DNA of 64,000 nt from Deltaproteobacteria bacterium (GCA_018645005.1 JABGPJ010000066.1:41808-105807), one strand, 5' to 3'; numbered from the stretch's first letter, positions 29,541 through 40,856 are shown. Notes: generated from the letters alone by a model not told the origin. Numbers and translations are program-made.

Positions 29541-30572
29541 TTAAATCCGCCGTTTCGTCTCACTGGTAACTCTTTCCATCTGTATCATCACTTTCTCCAA
29601 AACAGACTCAACCCTCACCTGACGGATACATTCCAGTTGGCATTTTGGATAGTGACACTGCTCCTTGCAGCCGGGGTCAAACTCGACGGCCAGATGCTGC
29701 TCCTGGTTTGGCGGGGTCCAATTCCGCTGCAGCGGTCGTCCAAAAATAGCAACCGTTGGGACGCTGGCAGAAATCGCAAAATGCATGGGACCATTGTCGT
29801 TGCCAATATGGAGATCCACTCTTTTCAGCAGGGCGACCGTCTCACTGATGCTGGGGATGTCATAATCTGGTAGTGATGGATGTTGCATTTTCTCCCGCAC
29901 AGCCTGGACAAAGTTGTACTCTCCGGGACCCCAGAGAAAGAGAATTTGCGCATTATATTCCTCAATCAGAAAATCGCAGATTTCAGCAAAACAGGCTGGT
30001 GGCCAGACCTTATAGTCCCGTCGGGAGACAGGCGAGACGGAAACCAGCAGTTTTTGCCGATCATAATTAATCTGCGTCAAGACCTTATTTACAGCTGTTT
30101 CATCCTCTGGGCCGGTAAAAAAATCCAGCTTGGATTCGATTTTTTGTATGCCAAGAGCTGTCAGCAGATGTGCCTGTTTGAGAGCTGAATATGAAGTTCC
30201 AACAGATGGTTCAAGGGCATGTGAAAAAAAAATGGATCGGCCAGGACTTTTAAAACCGATACGGATGGGGGCTCCGGAAAGCCAGGAGAGCAGAGCAGTT
30301 TTTGGCAATCCATAAAAATCGATCACAATAGAGTACTGCTCTTTGCGAATGTGTCGGATCACTGAAAGCACATCCCTGAAAGTCTCCACACTCGGATAAA
30401 GCATGGTTTTGGATATATAGGGGCTACGCTTGAAAATCTGGTCCGATGGTGCCTGGGTGAGAACATGGATTTCAAACCCGGGATCTGATTCAGCCAGGGA
30501 TCGAACGGCCGGAGTGGTCATCAGCACATCCCCGATCTGTTTGAGTTGAATAAAAAGAATCTTTTCTTTCAT
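29541..30572 (-). CDS. Glycosyltransferase family 9 (LPS heptosyltransferase-like)
   Basis: MKEKILFIQLKQIGDVLMTTPAVRSL N-terminus and GT9 fold pattern through the C-terminal half. Length 343 aa. Confidence 0.75.
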   Translation of the reverse strand: MKEKILFIQLKQIGDVLMTTPAVRSLAESDPGFEIHVLTQAPSDQIFKRSPYISKTMLYPSVETFRDVLSVIRHIRKEQYSIVIDFYGLPKTALLSWLSGAPIRIGFKSPGRSIFFSHALEPSVGTSYSALKQAHLLTALGIQKIESKLDFFTGPEDETAVNKVLTQINYDRQKLLVSVSPVSRRDYKVWPPACFAEICDFLIEEYNAQILFLWGPGEYNFVQAVREKMQHPSLPDYDIPSISETVALLKRVDLHIGNDNGPMHFAISASVPTVAIFGRPLQRNWTPPNQEQHLAVEFDPGCKEQCHYPKCQLECIRQVRVESVLEKVMIQMERVTSETKRRI

Positions 30573-30619
30573 GGGGATTTTTTTGCGGCAACTCTCTGAG
30601 AGGATCTGATTTATTTAGA

Positions 30620-31312
30620 TCAAGCAGGCGTATCAGATTCCGGATGGGAGATTTCGACTCCCTGGTGAAACTGGAATAACTCTTTGGCAAATTCAGCCGT
30701 TTCCCGGCAGGACATATAATCGAGGACGCCCCCCACAGCACCACCTAAAATTGGGATTGCCTTACTGACTCTGGAAAACCCTTTTGTGGTGGCAACCTGC
30801 ATCAATCTCGCTGCAACTGCCTGATTAATCAATTGTATGGTCTGCTTAGGCAGCTGCGATAAGGCATTTTTTCGCAGTAATTTCGATATTTCCTGCACGT
30901 CTCTGTTCAGGAGCCTTTTCCCCTTTTTCCCAAGCAGGCACAGGGCAATCGTCATTTTGACCGGAGGATCGTCGATGTCGAAGCCGCCGATATAAGCCAT
31001 CGCTGCGACCATACGGGTTTGCAGTACCCAGTTAATACCCAGTGAGGCAGGAATGGCGATTGGCAGGGAAATAATACCGCCCAGACTGGTCAAAAACCCG
31101 GATGTGAAATTTTTTCTCTCTTCCCATTTGACAAGGGCATCAATCCGCTCAATTTTTGTTTTATAGGCTGGATTCTGCAGGTACTGATCCCCCAGTTCTC
31201 TGGCACTGGATAAACCACCGCCGCCGTTTATGCCCAGGTGAATGACTTTCTTTAAGAAAATTCCAGCCTTGTCAGACGATGTTCCGTTTTCCGTTGAGTT
31301 GTTTGTTTCCAT
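30620..31312 (-). CDS. EcsC-family protein
   Basis: ISLPIAIPASLGINWVLQTRMVAAMAYIGGFDIDDPPVKMTIALCLLG resembles the EcsC family core. Length 230 aa. Confidence 0.5.
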   Translation of the reverse strand: METNNSTENGTSSDKAGIFLKKVIHLGINGGGGLSSARELGDQYLQNPAYKTKIERIDALVKWEERKNFTSGFLTSLGGIISLPIAIPASLGINWVLQTRMVAAMAYIGGFDIDDPPVKMTIALCLLGKKGKRLLNRDVQEISKLLRKNALSQLPKQTIQLINQAVAARLMQVATTKGFSRVSKAIPILGGAVGGVLDYMSCRETAEFAKELFQFHQGVEISHPESDTPA

Positions 31313-31651
31313 CTAAGCCCTGTTTAATGCAGTGGGAGTCCCGACGTCACCGACTAAATTTAATTGCTGCGTATCACGTTTTTTTTTCAATCCGGTTGTA
31401 GATGCATCAGATTACAAGATCTACAGCATAAGGGAAAGTGTAATTCGATTTTACAGTTAGAATTGACTTTTTAGGTTCTCCAAATTAAAAAGGGAGTACA
31501 ATGAGAAATTAAGCAGACAATTTCTAAGGAGTGTATTGAATTGGAATAAGCCGTTTCTAAATGATACATTTGGACTATCAATGGGTCTTTCCAACCGGAT
31601 CGGTTTGATAGACGTATGATAATGTGTGGGTAAATAATTGGCATAAAAGCA

Positions 31652-33478
31652 ATGAAACTTGAGAAAAAGAAAAAGCCCTATTTCGGAGCACATAGCTATT
31701 CACAGCGTAAACTGATTCGAGAACTCAGCGAGCATCCAAGTATTCTGGATGTACTTGAAAAGTACCCCCCGGAAAAATCAAAAATCAGTCTGACCCGAAA
31801 TTCAGTTCAGGAATATCTGAAGGAAATAGTGGCAACGCCTTCTAAAACGGTTGTTGATGGATTGCGGCGCAGCCTCGGATTACTCTGGTACCGGATTTTC
31901 AATGGATTGGACGTTCAGGGACTTTCCAGTCTGAAAGAACAGGTAGAAGGGAAGCAGGTGATCTATCTCCCTTGCCACCGTAGCCATCTTGATTACCTGG
32001 TACTCTCTTATGTGTTGGATCAGGAGTATATGGAACTTCCCCATATTCTGGCGGGGAGCAATCTAAACCTCGCCGGTGTTGGCCGGATGCTGAAAGGAGG
32101 CGGGGCTGTTTTTATGCGTCGTTCCTTTAAAAACAACCCGCTCTATGCAACAGCCTTTGTTACCTATTTATACTATCTACTGGATCATAAAATTCCCCTT
32201 GAAGTCTTCATTGAGGGGGGGCGCTCCCGAACCGGGAAAAACCTGCCGCCACGAATCGGGATTCTCTCTATTCTGATTGAGTATCTAATGCAAAACAGTG
32301 ACAAGGATCTTCAGCTGGTTCCGATCTCTTTCACGTATGAGCGCATCCCGGAGGAAACGGCCTATATTAAGGAGCTGGATGGTGCAGTCAAACAGCAGGA
32401 AAACCTGTTGGAACTCCTGAATGCTTATAAGGTGCTGAAGAAAAATTTTGGAAAGGTTTTTGTCTCTTTTGCTCCGCCCATGTCGCTTCGAAGTATGATG
32501 GATGGATATCTCCAGATCAATGAGCTTGAAGCGACGCCCGAACCAGATACAAAAGACTTTAATGAGATGGCCTATTGTTTTGGTATGGATGTCATGGATC
32601 AGATAAATATCCATACCAGGATATCGGCACTACCAGTCGTTGCCACCGCCTTGTTGTCGGAAAAACATCAGGGATTCCACCGGAACGATCTCCTGTACAA
32701 AAGCCAATTCCTGGTCGATGTTTATCAAGCCGTCCATCCACGGGCACAAGATACGTTGGTGGAAAGCGAGGGGGGCTTAAGCGGGATAATTGAATTTCTG
32801 ATACAAGGGGGAACAGTTCAGCGTATTCGAGATCCGGATGAGGATATTTTTTATTTCAAATCCAAAGAAAAAATCAGGCTGAATCTGTATAAGAACATAT
32901 TTGTTCACCACTTTGTTATCCCATCCATCATTGCCTTGAAACTGAAACAGGGAGTGAAAACGAGAGAGAAACTCCTGGAAGATATCCTCTTTTTTGATAA
33001 TCTGTATCGCTACGAGTTCATGTTCCCGCGTTCGTATGATTTTACAGAGGCTATTAACACGATGATCTCATTTTCCCTGGACAATGGACTGATTTCGGAA
33101 ACGGAGGGTGAACTCCTGCCAAATCCTGCAAAAGACAAAGAGCTCAATCTGCTGGCAAATATTTTGCAGCCTTTTCTTGAAACGTTTTATGTCGCAATTA
33201 AAGTTCTGACGTCAAAAAAAGTCTCTTTTCCCCAGGATGCAGACAAGCTGGTTGCGCTTTTCCGTGAAAATCATCACAAATACCTGCTCCTAGGCAAAGT
33301 GAATTCACTGGAAGGGAATTTGACGGTTTCCTATAAGAATATTATCCGCTTTTTTACTGAAGAAAAAATCATTCAATCAGGTAAGGGAAGATCAAAAAAA
33401 ACGATGATCCGCAAGAATGAGGAGTTTGACAAAATTCATATCCTTTATGACAAACTGTTTCCCAAAGTGATGCTCTAG
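31652..33478 (+). CDS. plsB: Glycerol-3-phosphate acyltransferase, PlsB family (short form)
   Basis: Acyltransferase HX4D motif LPCHRSHLDYLVLSYVL almost identical to the E. coli PlsB catalytic motif, then FIEGGRSRTG (motif III). Length 608 aa. Confidence 0.7.
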   Translation: MKLEKKKKPYFGAHSYSQRKLIRELSEHPSILDVLEKYPPEKSKISLTRNSVQEYLKEIVATPSKTVVDGLRRSLGLLWYRIFNGLDVQGLSSLKEQVEGKQVIYLPCHRSHLDYLVLSYVLDQEYMELPHILAGSNLNLAGVGRMLKGGGAVFMRRSFKNNPLYATAFVTYLYYLLDHKIPLEVFIEGGRSRTGKNLPPRIGILSILIEYLMQNSDKDLQLVPISFTYERIPEETAYIKELDGAVKQQENLLELLNAYKVLKKNFGKVFVSFAPPMSLRSMMDGYLQINELEATPEPDTKDFNEMAYCFGMDVMDQINIHTRISALPVVATALLSEKHQGFHRNDLLYKSQFLVDVYQAVHPRAQDTLVESEGGLSGIIEFLIQGGTVQRIRDPDEDIFYFKSKEKIRLNLYKNIFVHHFVIPSIIALKLKQGVKTREKLLEDILFFDNLYRYEFMFPRSYDFTEAINTMISFSLDNGLISETEGELLPNPAKDKELNLLANILQPFLETFYVAIKVLTSKKVSFPQDADKLVALFRENHHKYLLLGKVNSLEGNLTVSYKNIIRFFTEEKIIQSGKGRSKKTMIRKNEEFDKIHILYDKLFPKVML

Positions 33479-33541
33479 CACTTCCAGACTAGAGCTATAG
33501 CGGAATTGGCTTTCGATGTGTTGAACCGGTCGTGGCATGTT

Positions 33542-34528
33542 CTACTTCCGGTTGAAAGGGTGTTGATAAACCTGCCAGGTTGTCTTGACGAGTGATTCCA
33601 GGTCACTGAATTCAGGTTCCCATCCCAGTGTCTCCCGCGCTACTTTTAAACCGGTATAAAGCTCTGCTGGATCACCTTCACGACGTTTTGTGACCGTATA
33701 ATTGAGTTTTCTCCCCGTGATCCTTTCTGCCATAGAGATGATTTCCAAAACGGAATGCCCCTTTCCGGTTCCGAGATTCAGAATTAGAGATTGTGCTGTA
33801 TTTTGGATTTTCTGGTAGGCCAGCAGATGCGCCCTGGCCAGGTCGCTGACATGGATGTAGTCACGGATACCAGTGCCGTCGGGTGTTGGATAATCGTCTC
33901 CAAATACCGACATCTCGGCTCTGATTCCTGCCGCTGTTTCCATCACAACAGGGATCAGATTGGCTGGCGCAATTTCCAGTCCAAGAATTTCACCTCCCGG
34001 GTCGTAACCGGCAGCGTTAAAATAGCGAAGGCTGGCGAATTTAATTCCCTTCAGGCGGTCATACCAGCCCAGAAACCGCTCAACTTCATATTTTGTAAAA
34101 CCATAAAAATTAATGGGATCCACCGGATGGTTTTCGTCAAGGGGCAGGTAATTGGGCATGCCGTAGACGGCGGCAGAAGAGGAAAAGACAACGATACGGG
34201 TTTGAGAAAGAGAAACGGCTTCCAGGAGATTCATGGTGCCGTTTATATTCTGATAGGCGTACTGCTCCGGGATTTCCATCGATTCTCCGGCTGCCTTTAA
34301 AGCAGCGAGATGAATGACAGCATCGAATTTTTCCGTGAACAGTTCTTTCAATTGTTCACGATTTTGTATATCCCCGGGTATGAACCGGGCCTGTTTAAAC
34401 AGGTTAATCTCCTGCCCGGAACTTAAGTTGTCAAAAACGGTTACGCGGTAGTTGGCCTTCAGAAAAGTCTGAACAACATGACTGCCGATATATCCGGCTC
34501 CGCCAATGACAAGAATGGAATCTGACAT
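33542..34528 (-). CDS. galE: UDP-glucose 4-epimerase
   Basis: ILVIGGAGYIGSHVV Rossmann motif, a YxxxK catalytic dyad context and SDR-extended family similarity. Length 328 aa. Confidence 0.85.
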   Translation of the reverse strand: MSDSILVIGGAGYIGSHVVQTFLKANYRVTVFDNLSSGQEINLFKQARFIPGDIQNREQLKELFTEKFDAVIHLAALKAAGESMEIPEQYAYQNINGTMNLLEAVSLSQTRIVVFSSSAAVYGMPNYLPLDENHPVDPINFYGFTKYEVERFLGWYDRLKGIKFASLRYFNAAGYDPGGEILGLEIAPANLIPVVMETAAGIRAEMSVFGDDYPTPDGTGIRDYIHVSDLARAHLLAYQKIQNTAQSLILNLGTGKGHSVLEIISMAERITGRKLNYTVTKRREGDPAELYTGLKVARETLGWEPEFSDLESLVKTTWQVYQHPFNRK

Positions 34529-34538
34529 TGTGCTCCTA

Positions 34539-35987
34539 TTATTTTTGCCAGGTTTTTGGAAAAAAGAGAATTAATATTGTCAGGATTTCCAGCCTTCCCA
34601 TTACCATGTCTAGTGATAATATCCATTTAGTAAAAATTCCCAGATGGGCATAGTTTTCGGTTGGTCCCACAGATCCAAATCCAGGACCAATGTTGCTCAG
34701 GCTTGCCACCACACTACCGATGGCTGTGACCATGTCATTGATCTCAAGGGAGACCAGCAGAATCGAGACAACCATGACGGCTGTATAAATAAAAATAAAG
34801 CCCAGGATATTTGCCAGTACATTCCGGTCCAAGACGGAATTTCTCATTTTAACAGTACGAATCAGATTTGGATGCAGAAGCTTCAAAGCCTCGGTATACA
34901 TGTATTTTAAGACCAGCATCAAGCGGACCGATTTTATTCCACCTGCAGTACTTCCGGCACAGCCCCCCATTATCATGATAAACAGGAGAATGAACTGTCC
35001 ATAAATGGGCCACAACTCATAATCGACTGTACCGTACCCGGTTGTTGTCAAGATGGACGTGACCGAAAAACAGACATCCCGCACGACTTTAATCGCATTA
35101 CCACCTTGTTGGAATAGTATGGTTGCCACAATGGTAACAATACTAAACAGAATAATTAGAAAATAGAAATTGAGTTCGGGGTCGCGGGTATAGGTCTTCA
35201 GCGTAAACCCTTTGAAGAGAAATCGGTAATGTAACGCAAAATTGATGCCGGCGATAATCATGAAGATAATCAGAACCCATTCGATAAAGGGGGAGTTGAA
35301 TCCTGCGACACTGTTGTTTTTTGTGCTGAAACCGCCAGTTGACATGGCTGTAAAGGAGTGGCAAATAGCGTCGAAAAAAGTCATCCCACCCATCCAAAGA
35401 AGTAAGGTCAGCATCACGGTAAAAATCAAATATACCATCCAAAGCACTTTCGCTGTGTCCTGGATGCGGGGTGTTAGTTTCTCAGCGGTGGGGCCAGGAA
35501 CTTCAGCCTGAAAGATGCCCATGCCACCGATATTCAGATAAGGGATAATTGCCAGGGCGAAAACGATAATCCCCATGCCGCCCAGCCATTGGGTCAGGCT
35601 ACGCCAAAACAGTGTTGCGGGATGCAAGGCTTCAATCTTGGTGAGGACAGACGAGCCAGTTGTCGTAAAGCCGCTGATAGACTCAAAATAAGCATCTGTA
35701 AAACCCGGAATTGCGTTTGAGAAGAAATATGGCAGACATCCAATAAGACCGGCACTCAACCAACCAAAAGTGACCAGTGCATAGCTGTCACGATATTTCA
35801 GACTATGCTTCGATTTGGGAATCATGGCCAGCAGGCCACCTGTGACGGAGGCGATGATGAGAGTGTATAAAAAACCATGGAAATCGTCAGTTCCCAAAAT
35901 AAAGGCGTAAACGGTCGGGATTAAAAGAAAAATAGCTAAAACGCTTGTAATTAGTCCCAGCATTTTAAATATCGATGCGTATTGCAT
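34539..35987 (-). CDS. trkH: TrkH/KtrB-family potassium transporter membrane subunit
   Basis: Polytopic 482-aa protein with repeated pore-loop GFxTxGxS motifs typical of TrkH. Confidence 0.85.
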   Translation of the reverse strand: MQYASIFKMLGLITSVLAIFLLIPTVYAFILGTDDFHGFLYTLIIASVTGGLLAMIPKSKHSLKYRDSYALVTFGWLSAGLIGCLPYFFSNAIPGFTDAYFESISGFTTTGSSVLTKIEALHPATLFWRSLTQWLGGMGIIVFALAIIPYLNIGGMGIFQAEVPGPTAEKLTPRIQDTAKVLWMVYLIFTVMLTLLLWMGGMTFFDAICHSFTAMSTGGFSTKNNSVAGFNSPFIEWVLIIFMIIAGINFALHYRFLFKGFTLKTYTRDPELNFYFLIILFSIVTIVATILFQQGGNAIKVVRDVCFSVTSILTTTGYGTVDYELWPIYGQFILLFIMIMGGCAGSTAGGIKSVRLMLVLKYMYTEALKLLHPNLIRTVKMRNSVLDRNVLANILGFIFIYTAVMVVSILLVSLEINDMVTAIGSVVASLSNIGPGFGSVGPTENYAHLGIFTKWILSLDMVMGRLEILTILILFFPKTWQK

Positions 35988-35993
35988 AAAACC

Positions 35994-37373
35994 TTAGTGG
36001 ATGGTGCTTTTTGATGGTTGCTGCTTGAAAAACGTCATGACCTTTTTCCGGTCAAGGCGGTGAAGAATTATGAGGATGGTATCATCTGGAGATAAAACAG
36101 AATCTCCGCTTGGAACCAGAAACTGGTTCTCTCGATGAATCACAGCAATGAGAACATTCTCCGGCAGGTCCAACTTTTTTAGGGGTTGATCAAGGCAGGG
36201 TGTGGTTTCATCCACATGAACTTCCAGGATCTCAATCTGGCTGTTGATCAGAGAGAAATAAGTAAAGATGTTTGTGTCCTGTATAAATCGGATGAGATGA
36301 CGAGCAGTCAATGTGCGTGGGCTAATGCCAAGCGTAATCGGCGTGTTCTGGTCGATAATGGGTATCAGTTCGGGTTGTTTAACAAGGCAGATGGTCCGTT
36401 CGACACCTTGCTGGCTTGCCAGGAGGCAGGATGTCAGGTTAACCTGTTCATTTTCTGTAACCGAAATAAAATAGTCAGCGGTTTCAATTCCTTCTGCAAT
36501 CAATTGCTTGAGATCTGTGCCATCGAAATTCAGAACTAACGTTTTTTGCAGTTTTTCGCAAATGTGATAGCTACGGGCCAGATCCTTTTCAATCAACTTG
36601 ACATTCTGATTCGCGCGTTCCAGGCGCTGAGCTACTCTTAAGCCCATATGACCGCCACCATTGACAAATACCTGTCGGGATTTTGACTGAAGATGATCAT
36701 ATCCCAATATCTTACGTAGTAACTGATAATATTTGGTGCGGTAAAAGAAATAGACAATATCGTCTTGCTGAATAGTTTCATTCTTATCAGGGATAATAGA
36801 CATGTCCTTGCGTTGAATGATTCCTATGTGAAACTTTCCCCCCAAATAATTCTCATCAAGCTGCCGGATTGAATGAGCGAGAATTTTTGAATAATGGGTC
36901 ATCTTGTATCCAGTCAGAGTAATCTCGCCCGCCACAAATTCATGACTATCGACAATATTTGGTGTTAAAACCAGATTGAAAAGCTCCTCTGCGACAAGGG
37001 AGACCGGATTGATAACCCAATCGATACCAAGGGATTTCAGCGAGAACTGTCTTTTTTCACTGTTCAGATCGATTTGCCTGATGCGGCAGATGGTTTTTTT
37101 GGCCCCCGCTTCAGATGCGGTTTTACAGGCGATCATATTGGTTTCATCTGAATTGGTGATGGCCATGAAGAGGTCGGTCTTCTCCAGATGTGTTTTGTGC
37201 AGGAATTTACTGTTGATGATACTTTCATTATCCGTCTGGATTTCAAAATCTATTTTCAATTTCTCCAGAACTTCTTTGTTGGTATCAATCACATAAATTT
37301 CATGATCCTCCCTACACAATTTTTCAATAAGATGAAATCCGACTTCACCTGCACCGGCAATTACTATCTTCAA
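35994..37373 (-). CDS. trkA: Trk system potassium uptake protein TrkA (tandem NAD-binding and TrkA-C domains)
   Basis: MKIVIAGAGEVGFHL and a second GGGHMG Rossmann motif. Length 459 aa. Adjacent to and co-oriented with trkH. Confidence 0.85.
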   Translation of the reverse strand: MKIVIAGAGEVGFHLIEKLCREDHEIYVIDTNKEVLEKLKIDFEIQTDNESIINSKFLHKTHLEKTDLFMAITNSDETNMIACKTASEAGAKKTICRIRQIDLNSEKRQFSLKSLGIDWVINPVSLVAEELFNLVLTPNIVDSHEFVAGEITLTGYKMTHYSKILAHSIRQLDENYLGGKFHIGIIQRKDMSIIPDKNETIQQDDIVYFFYRTKYYQLLRKILGYDHLQSKSRQVFVNGGGHMGLRVAQRLERANQNVKLIEKDLARSYHICEKLQKTLVLNFDGTDLKQLIAEGIETADYFISVTENEQVNLTSCLLASQQGVERTICLVKQPELIPIIDQNTPITLGISPRTLTARHLIRFIQDTNIFTYFSLINSQIEILEVHVDETTPCLDQPLKKLDLPENVLIAVIHRENQFLVPSGDSVLSPDDTILIILHRLDRKKVMTFFKQQPSKSTIH

Positions 37374-37472
37374 TAGATCTCCGTTCGCTATATTCTGATG
37401 TTTGTCTTGATCTTAAAGGAGTCTTGAGAAATTCGTCAAAGCATAATACCTCTTCACCAGAGGGATAGCGGG

Positions 37473-38246
37473 TTACACGAGATCTACAGCATCAATGTGA
37501 TTGGGTCCTGGTTTGAGCAGGTGAATCAGGTACTCCTGATTTCCGCTTTTTTTACCTTGGATGGGAGATGGCTTGATTTGACGAACCACATATCCCAATG
37601 ATTCGGCATGCTGTTTGATGGAATCGATAACCCACGATCTGATCCGGGGATCGCTGACAATACCGCCCTTGCGGATGTTCTCTTTGCCCGCCTCAAATTG
37701 AGGTTTGATCAATGCGATCAGATTCCCCCCAGATTTCAAAAAATTGAGACAGTTTTGAAGGATTTTGGTCAAGGAGATAAAACTAACATCAATTACAATA
37801 ATATCGACAAACGAACCGATATCGGCCAGGGTCAGGTATCTGAAATTTGTTTTTTCCATGTTCTTGACCCGTTCATCTGTCACCAGCTTCCAGTCCAATT
37901 GCCCGTACCCGACGTCTATTGCGAAAATATAGGTAGCACCATGTTGTAACAGACAATCGGTAAAACCACCGGTGGAGGAGCCGACGTCCATTGCAATCTG
38001 GTTTCGAACATCGATATTGAAATCGGCGAGGGCTTTCTCAAGTTTCAAGCCGCCCCGGCTCACATATGGATGATCCATCCCTTTGAGGCGTATGTTTACA
38101 TCATTTACCAACATGCAACCCGGTTTTTCGATTTTCTGTTCGTCAACAAGCACATTCCCTGCAATGATATAAGCTTGGGCCCTTTCCCGGCTTGGTGCCA
38201 GACCCCGTGCAACCAACAACTTGTCAAGCCTTGACTTCTGTTTCAT
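37473..38246 (-). CDS. tlyA: TlyA-family rRNA 2'-O-methyltransferase (hemolysin A-like)
   Basis: N-terminal S4 domain (RLDKLLVARGLAPSRERAQ) followed by an FtsJ-type methyltransferase fold (VGSSTGGFTDCLL). Confidence 0.85.
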   Translation of the reverse strand: MKQKSRLDKLLVARGLAPSRERAQAYIIAGNVLVDEQKIEKPGCMLVNDVNIRLKGMDHPYVSRGGLKLEKALADFNIDVRNQIAMDVGSSTGGFTDCLLQHGATYIFAIDVGYGQLDWKLVTDERVKNMEKTNFRYLTLADIGSFVDIIVIDVSFISLTKILQNCLNFLKSGGNLIALIKPQFEAGKENIRKGGIVSDPRIRSWVIDSIKQHAESLGYVVRQIKPSPIQGKKSGNQEYLIHLLKPGPNHIDAVDLV

Positions 38247-38544
38247 TCTGTCTGTCTGTTCTTTTGATTTTTAGTCCCTTGCGGAACGATGAAATAACCA
38301 CCAAGCTCACCAGGGAAAGCCAATTGACTCTTTCTTATTCAAAATAGCCCTGGTCCATGGATAATCTTGAAATATTAGCCTATGATAAAACCATTGGATT
38401 TGATTGAGCAAGCCGGTGATCCTGTCAGGATCAGAATTCTGTCTGTATTCATTTTATTTTGCAGCAGGGTGATAAATAACAGCCGCCGTAAAAAACTTTT
38501 TTTACTAATTTGAAACCGACAAGTTGACTTATCTGCACCCATAA

Positions 38545-39780
38545 ATGAGTATTCTTCAGGAACGATTTTCAACCCTTCCCCAAAAGGTTCGGGATACTAT
38601 CTGGAAATTTACGGAAATCTATAAAAGAGAAGGCTTCGAGTGTTTTCTGGTTGGTGGCAGTTGTCGGGATCTGCTGCTTGGCGAAATGCCTTATGATTTT
38701 GACTATGCAACCAATTGCCCACTCCACGTCTCCAGAAAGCTGTTTAAAAAAGTCATCTCCATTGGTGCTTCCCATGGAACCCTTATTATCTCTTTTTATG
38801 GGTTTCATTTTGAAATCACCCGTTTTCGCAAAGATGTCAGCACAGACGGCCGCAAAGCGGTGATTGCATTTTCAGACTCCATTGAAGAGGATCAGAAAAG
38901 GAGAGATTTACGTCTCAATGCCCTGGCTTATGACGTTGTTGAGGATCGACTTGTGGACAGCCAGAACGCTCTCGACGATTTCAAGGAGAAAAAGATCCGT
39001 TTCGTTGGAAATGCCGAAGACCGGATCAAAGAGGATCATTTGCGTGCACTGAGGTATGGCCGTCTGATATCTAAGCTGCTTCCTCTGGGCTTTTCCTATG
39101 ATCCTGATGAGATGCAGGCGGTGATCAGGATTTTTGACAGCCGCTTTCTCTCGATTGAACGTATTTATGATGAGTTTGGCAAAATACTCGCTCCCGGTTT
39201 AAAAGACAACCAATTTTTAAATGATTATCTGCCTAAATTGAATATCTTCAAACAATTTTTTCCGGACCCTGAAACGGCCGGAAAAGTGATGGAAAGAATT
39301 GTTGAAACCGGAAGCCATCTGCCGCTGGCCTTTCAATACCATAAAACTCATACTATCGCCGAAACCAGTACTGTTTTGAAATTAAGTAGGGAAAATAAGC
39401 GTCTGATTCTGCTACTCAAAGAATTTTCAGAACAGGATTTGTCCGACAATACTATTTTGAAAAGCCTGCTCAGCAAAGCAGAATTTATTGATATTAATGC
39501 TTTATTAATTGCTATTAATGATTTAATCGGGGTGGATGTTACCCGGCATGTCCTGGATATCATAAAAAAAGGACAGCCGTACCGCGTAAAAGATCTGGCG
39601 TTGCAGGGAAATGATTTGCAGGAACTGGGTATCAAAGGCAGGGGCATCGGGCTAATGATAAACCTCCTGCTGAACGCAGTCTGGGCCCAACCTCAACTCA
39701 ACTCAAAAGAACAGTTGCTTCGGTTGGCGGCAGATCTAAAAGAAAAGATGAGAGATTCAAATCCTGATGCAGGTGACTGA
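38545..39780 (+). CDS. cca: CCA-adding tRNA nucleotidyltransferase / poly(A) polymerase family
   Basis: Polymerase-beta superfamily head motif FLVGGSCRDLLLG...DFDYAT. Length 411 aa. Confidence 0.8.
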   Translation: MSILQERFSTLPQKVRDTIWKFTEIYKREGFECFLVGGSCRDLLLGEMPYDFDYATNCPLHVSRKLFKKVISIGASHGTLIISFYGFHFEITRFRKDVSTDGRKAVIAFSDSIEEDQKRRDLRLNALAYDVVEDRLVDSQNALDDFKEKKIRFVGNAEDRIKEDHLRALRYGRLISKLLPLGFSYDPDEMQAVIRIFDSRFLSIERIYDEFGKILAPGLKDNQFLNDYLPKLNIFKQFFPDPETAGKVMERIVETGSHLPLAFQYHKTHTIAETSTVLKLSRENKRLILLLKEFSEQDLSDNTILKSLLSKAEFIDINALLIAINDLIGVDVTRHVLDIIKKGQPYRVKDLALQGNDLQELGIKGRGIGLMINLLLNAVWAQPQLNSKEQLLRLAADLKEKMRDSNPDAGD

Positions 39781-39786
39781 TACTTT

Positions 39787-40518
39787 CTATAAATGATCTG
39801 TTTCGTCTACCAGTGACTCAAGGTAGTTTAAATCTTGTAAGATGATGTGATGTTTATTCATCTGAATCACATCTGTTTTTTCAAGACGCCCCAGAACCCT
39901 GACAACCGTCTCAGTTGTTGTACCGGCCATGGCCGCAATCTCTTTCCGGGTCAAAGGCATTTCCAACTGGTAAAGGTCATTTTCTCTGTAACCAATTTTC
40001 CTGGTTAGATTTAATAGGATTTTTGCTACACGGGATTCAATTCTAGTCAGGGCCATCTCTGGAACTTTGCGCATCAGCTGTTGACTGTTCTGACTGCTGT
40101 ATTTTAAGAATTTTCGGTAGATCTCGGGATGTTTCTCCAGAAATTTGAAAAATGGTTCAGTAGGGATTTCTACCAGTGTTACTTCACCTTCGGTCACCGC
40201 TCTGACTGCGTATGTCTGCTCGCTGAATATGGCAAAAATACCAAAGAATTCACCCTCGGTGGCGATTCTTAAAATCATCTCCTGACCTGGTTTCAAACTC
40301 CGGATGACTTTCACCAGACCCTTGTTAACAAAGGTGAATTTTGTAGCGACATCACCTTGCTCGAAAATGACTTCATTTTTCTTAAGGGTTCGAATGGTCG
40401 TCAATTTTGATAGTTCCAGCAGTAAATCGTGGCTCAGATCCTTAAACAACTCTAGTGTTTTTAGTGTGGCAACTCTAATCTCGTGATCAAATTTCTTGTT
40501 GGCCGGTGAAATTTTCAT
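39787..40518 (-). CDS. Crp/Fnr-family transcriptional regulator
   Basis: N-terminal cNMP-binding domain and C-terminal helix-turn-helix (RKEIAAMAGTTTETVVRVLGRLE). Confidence 0.8.
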   Translation of the reverse strand: MKISPANKKFDHEIRVATLKTLELFKDLSHDLLLELSKLTTIRTLKKNEVIFEQGDVATKFTFVNKGLVKVIRSLKPGQEMILRIATEGEFFGIFAIFSEQTYAVRAVTEGEVTLVEIPTEPFFKFLEKHPEIYRKFLKYSSQNSQQLMRKVPEMALTRIESRVAKILLNLTRKIGYRENDLYQLEMPLTRKEIAAMAGTTTETVVRVLGRLEKTDVIQMNKHHIILQDLNYLESLVDETDHL

Positions 40519-40856
40519 AGGGAAATACGTTTTGAGTTTTTACGGTTACCGTCTTGAAATCTTAAAAATAAATTTAGGCCTATTTGCCAGGAGAGATCTC
40601 ACCTAAGAATAAAGCCCGCACCGTCTTTATATTATTCCGATCGCTTTGCAGTCCTCAAAAACAGTGATGTCTGTATTTTTCAAAACTTATATGATCTCAG
40701 ACAATAAATCAATGAATTAAAATTAAATTGACGGAATTCCGGGGCCAAAATAGTAAAAATAAGTTAATTCAGCTATTTACGCAGGGACAATTTTTGGTGA
40801 ATCCCAGCTATGGAATTTTAAATTACAAAGGAATTTTGAATTACCAAATTGTGAGT

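Noticed and set aside
31405-37495. Shared 13-mer AGATCTACAGCAT near 31413 and 37479, a possible third repeat family.
   Set aside because: Only about 16 of 18 flanking bases match, in different contexts (an intergenic region versus the tlyA stop region). Consistent with chance.
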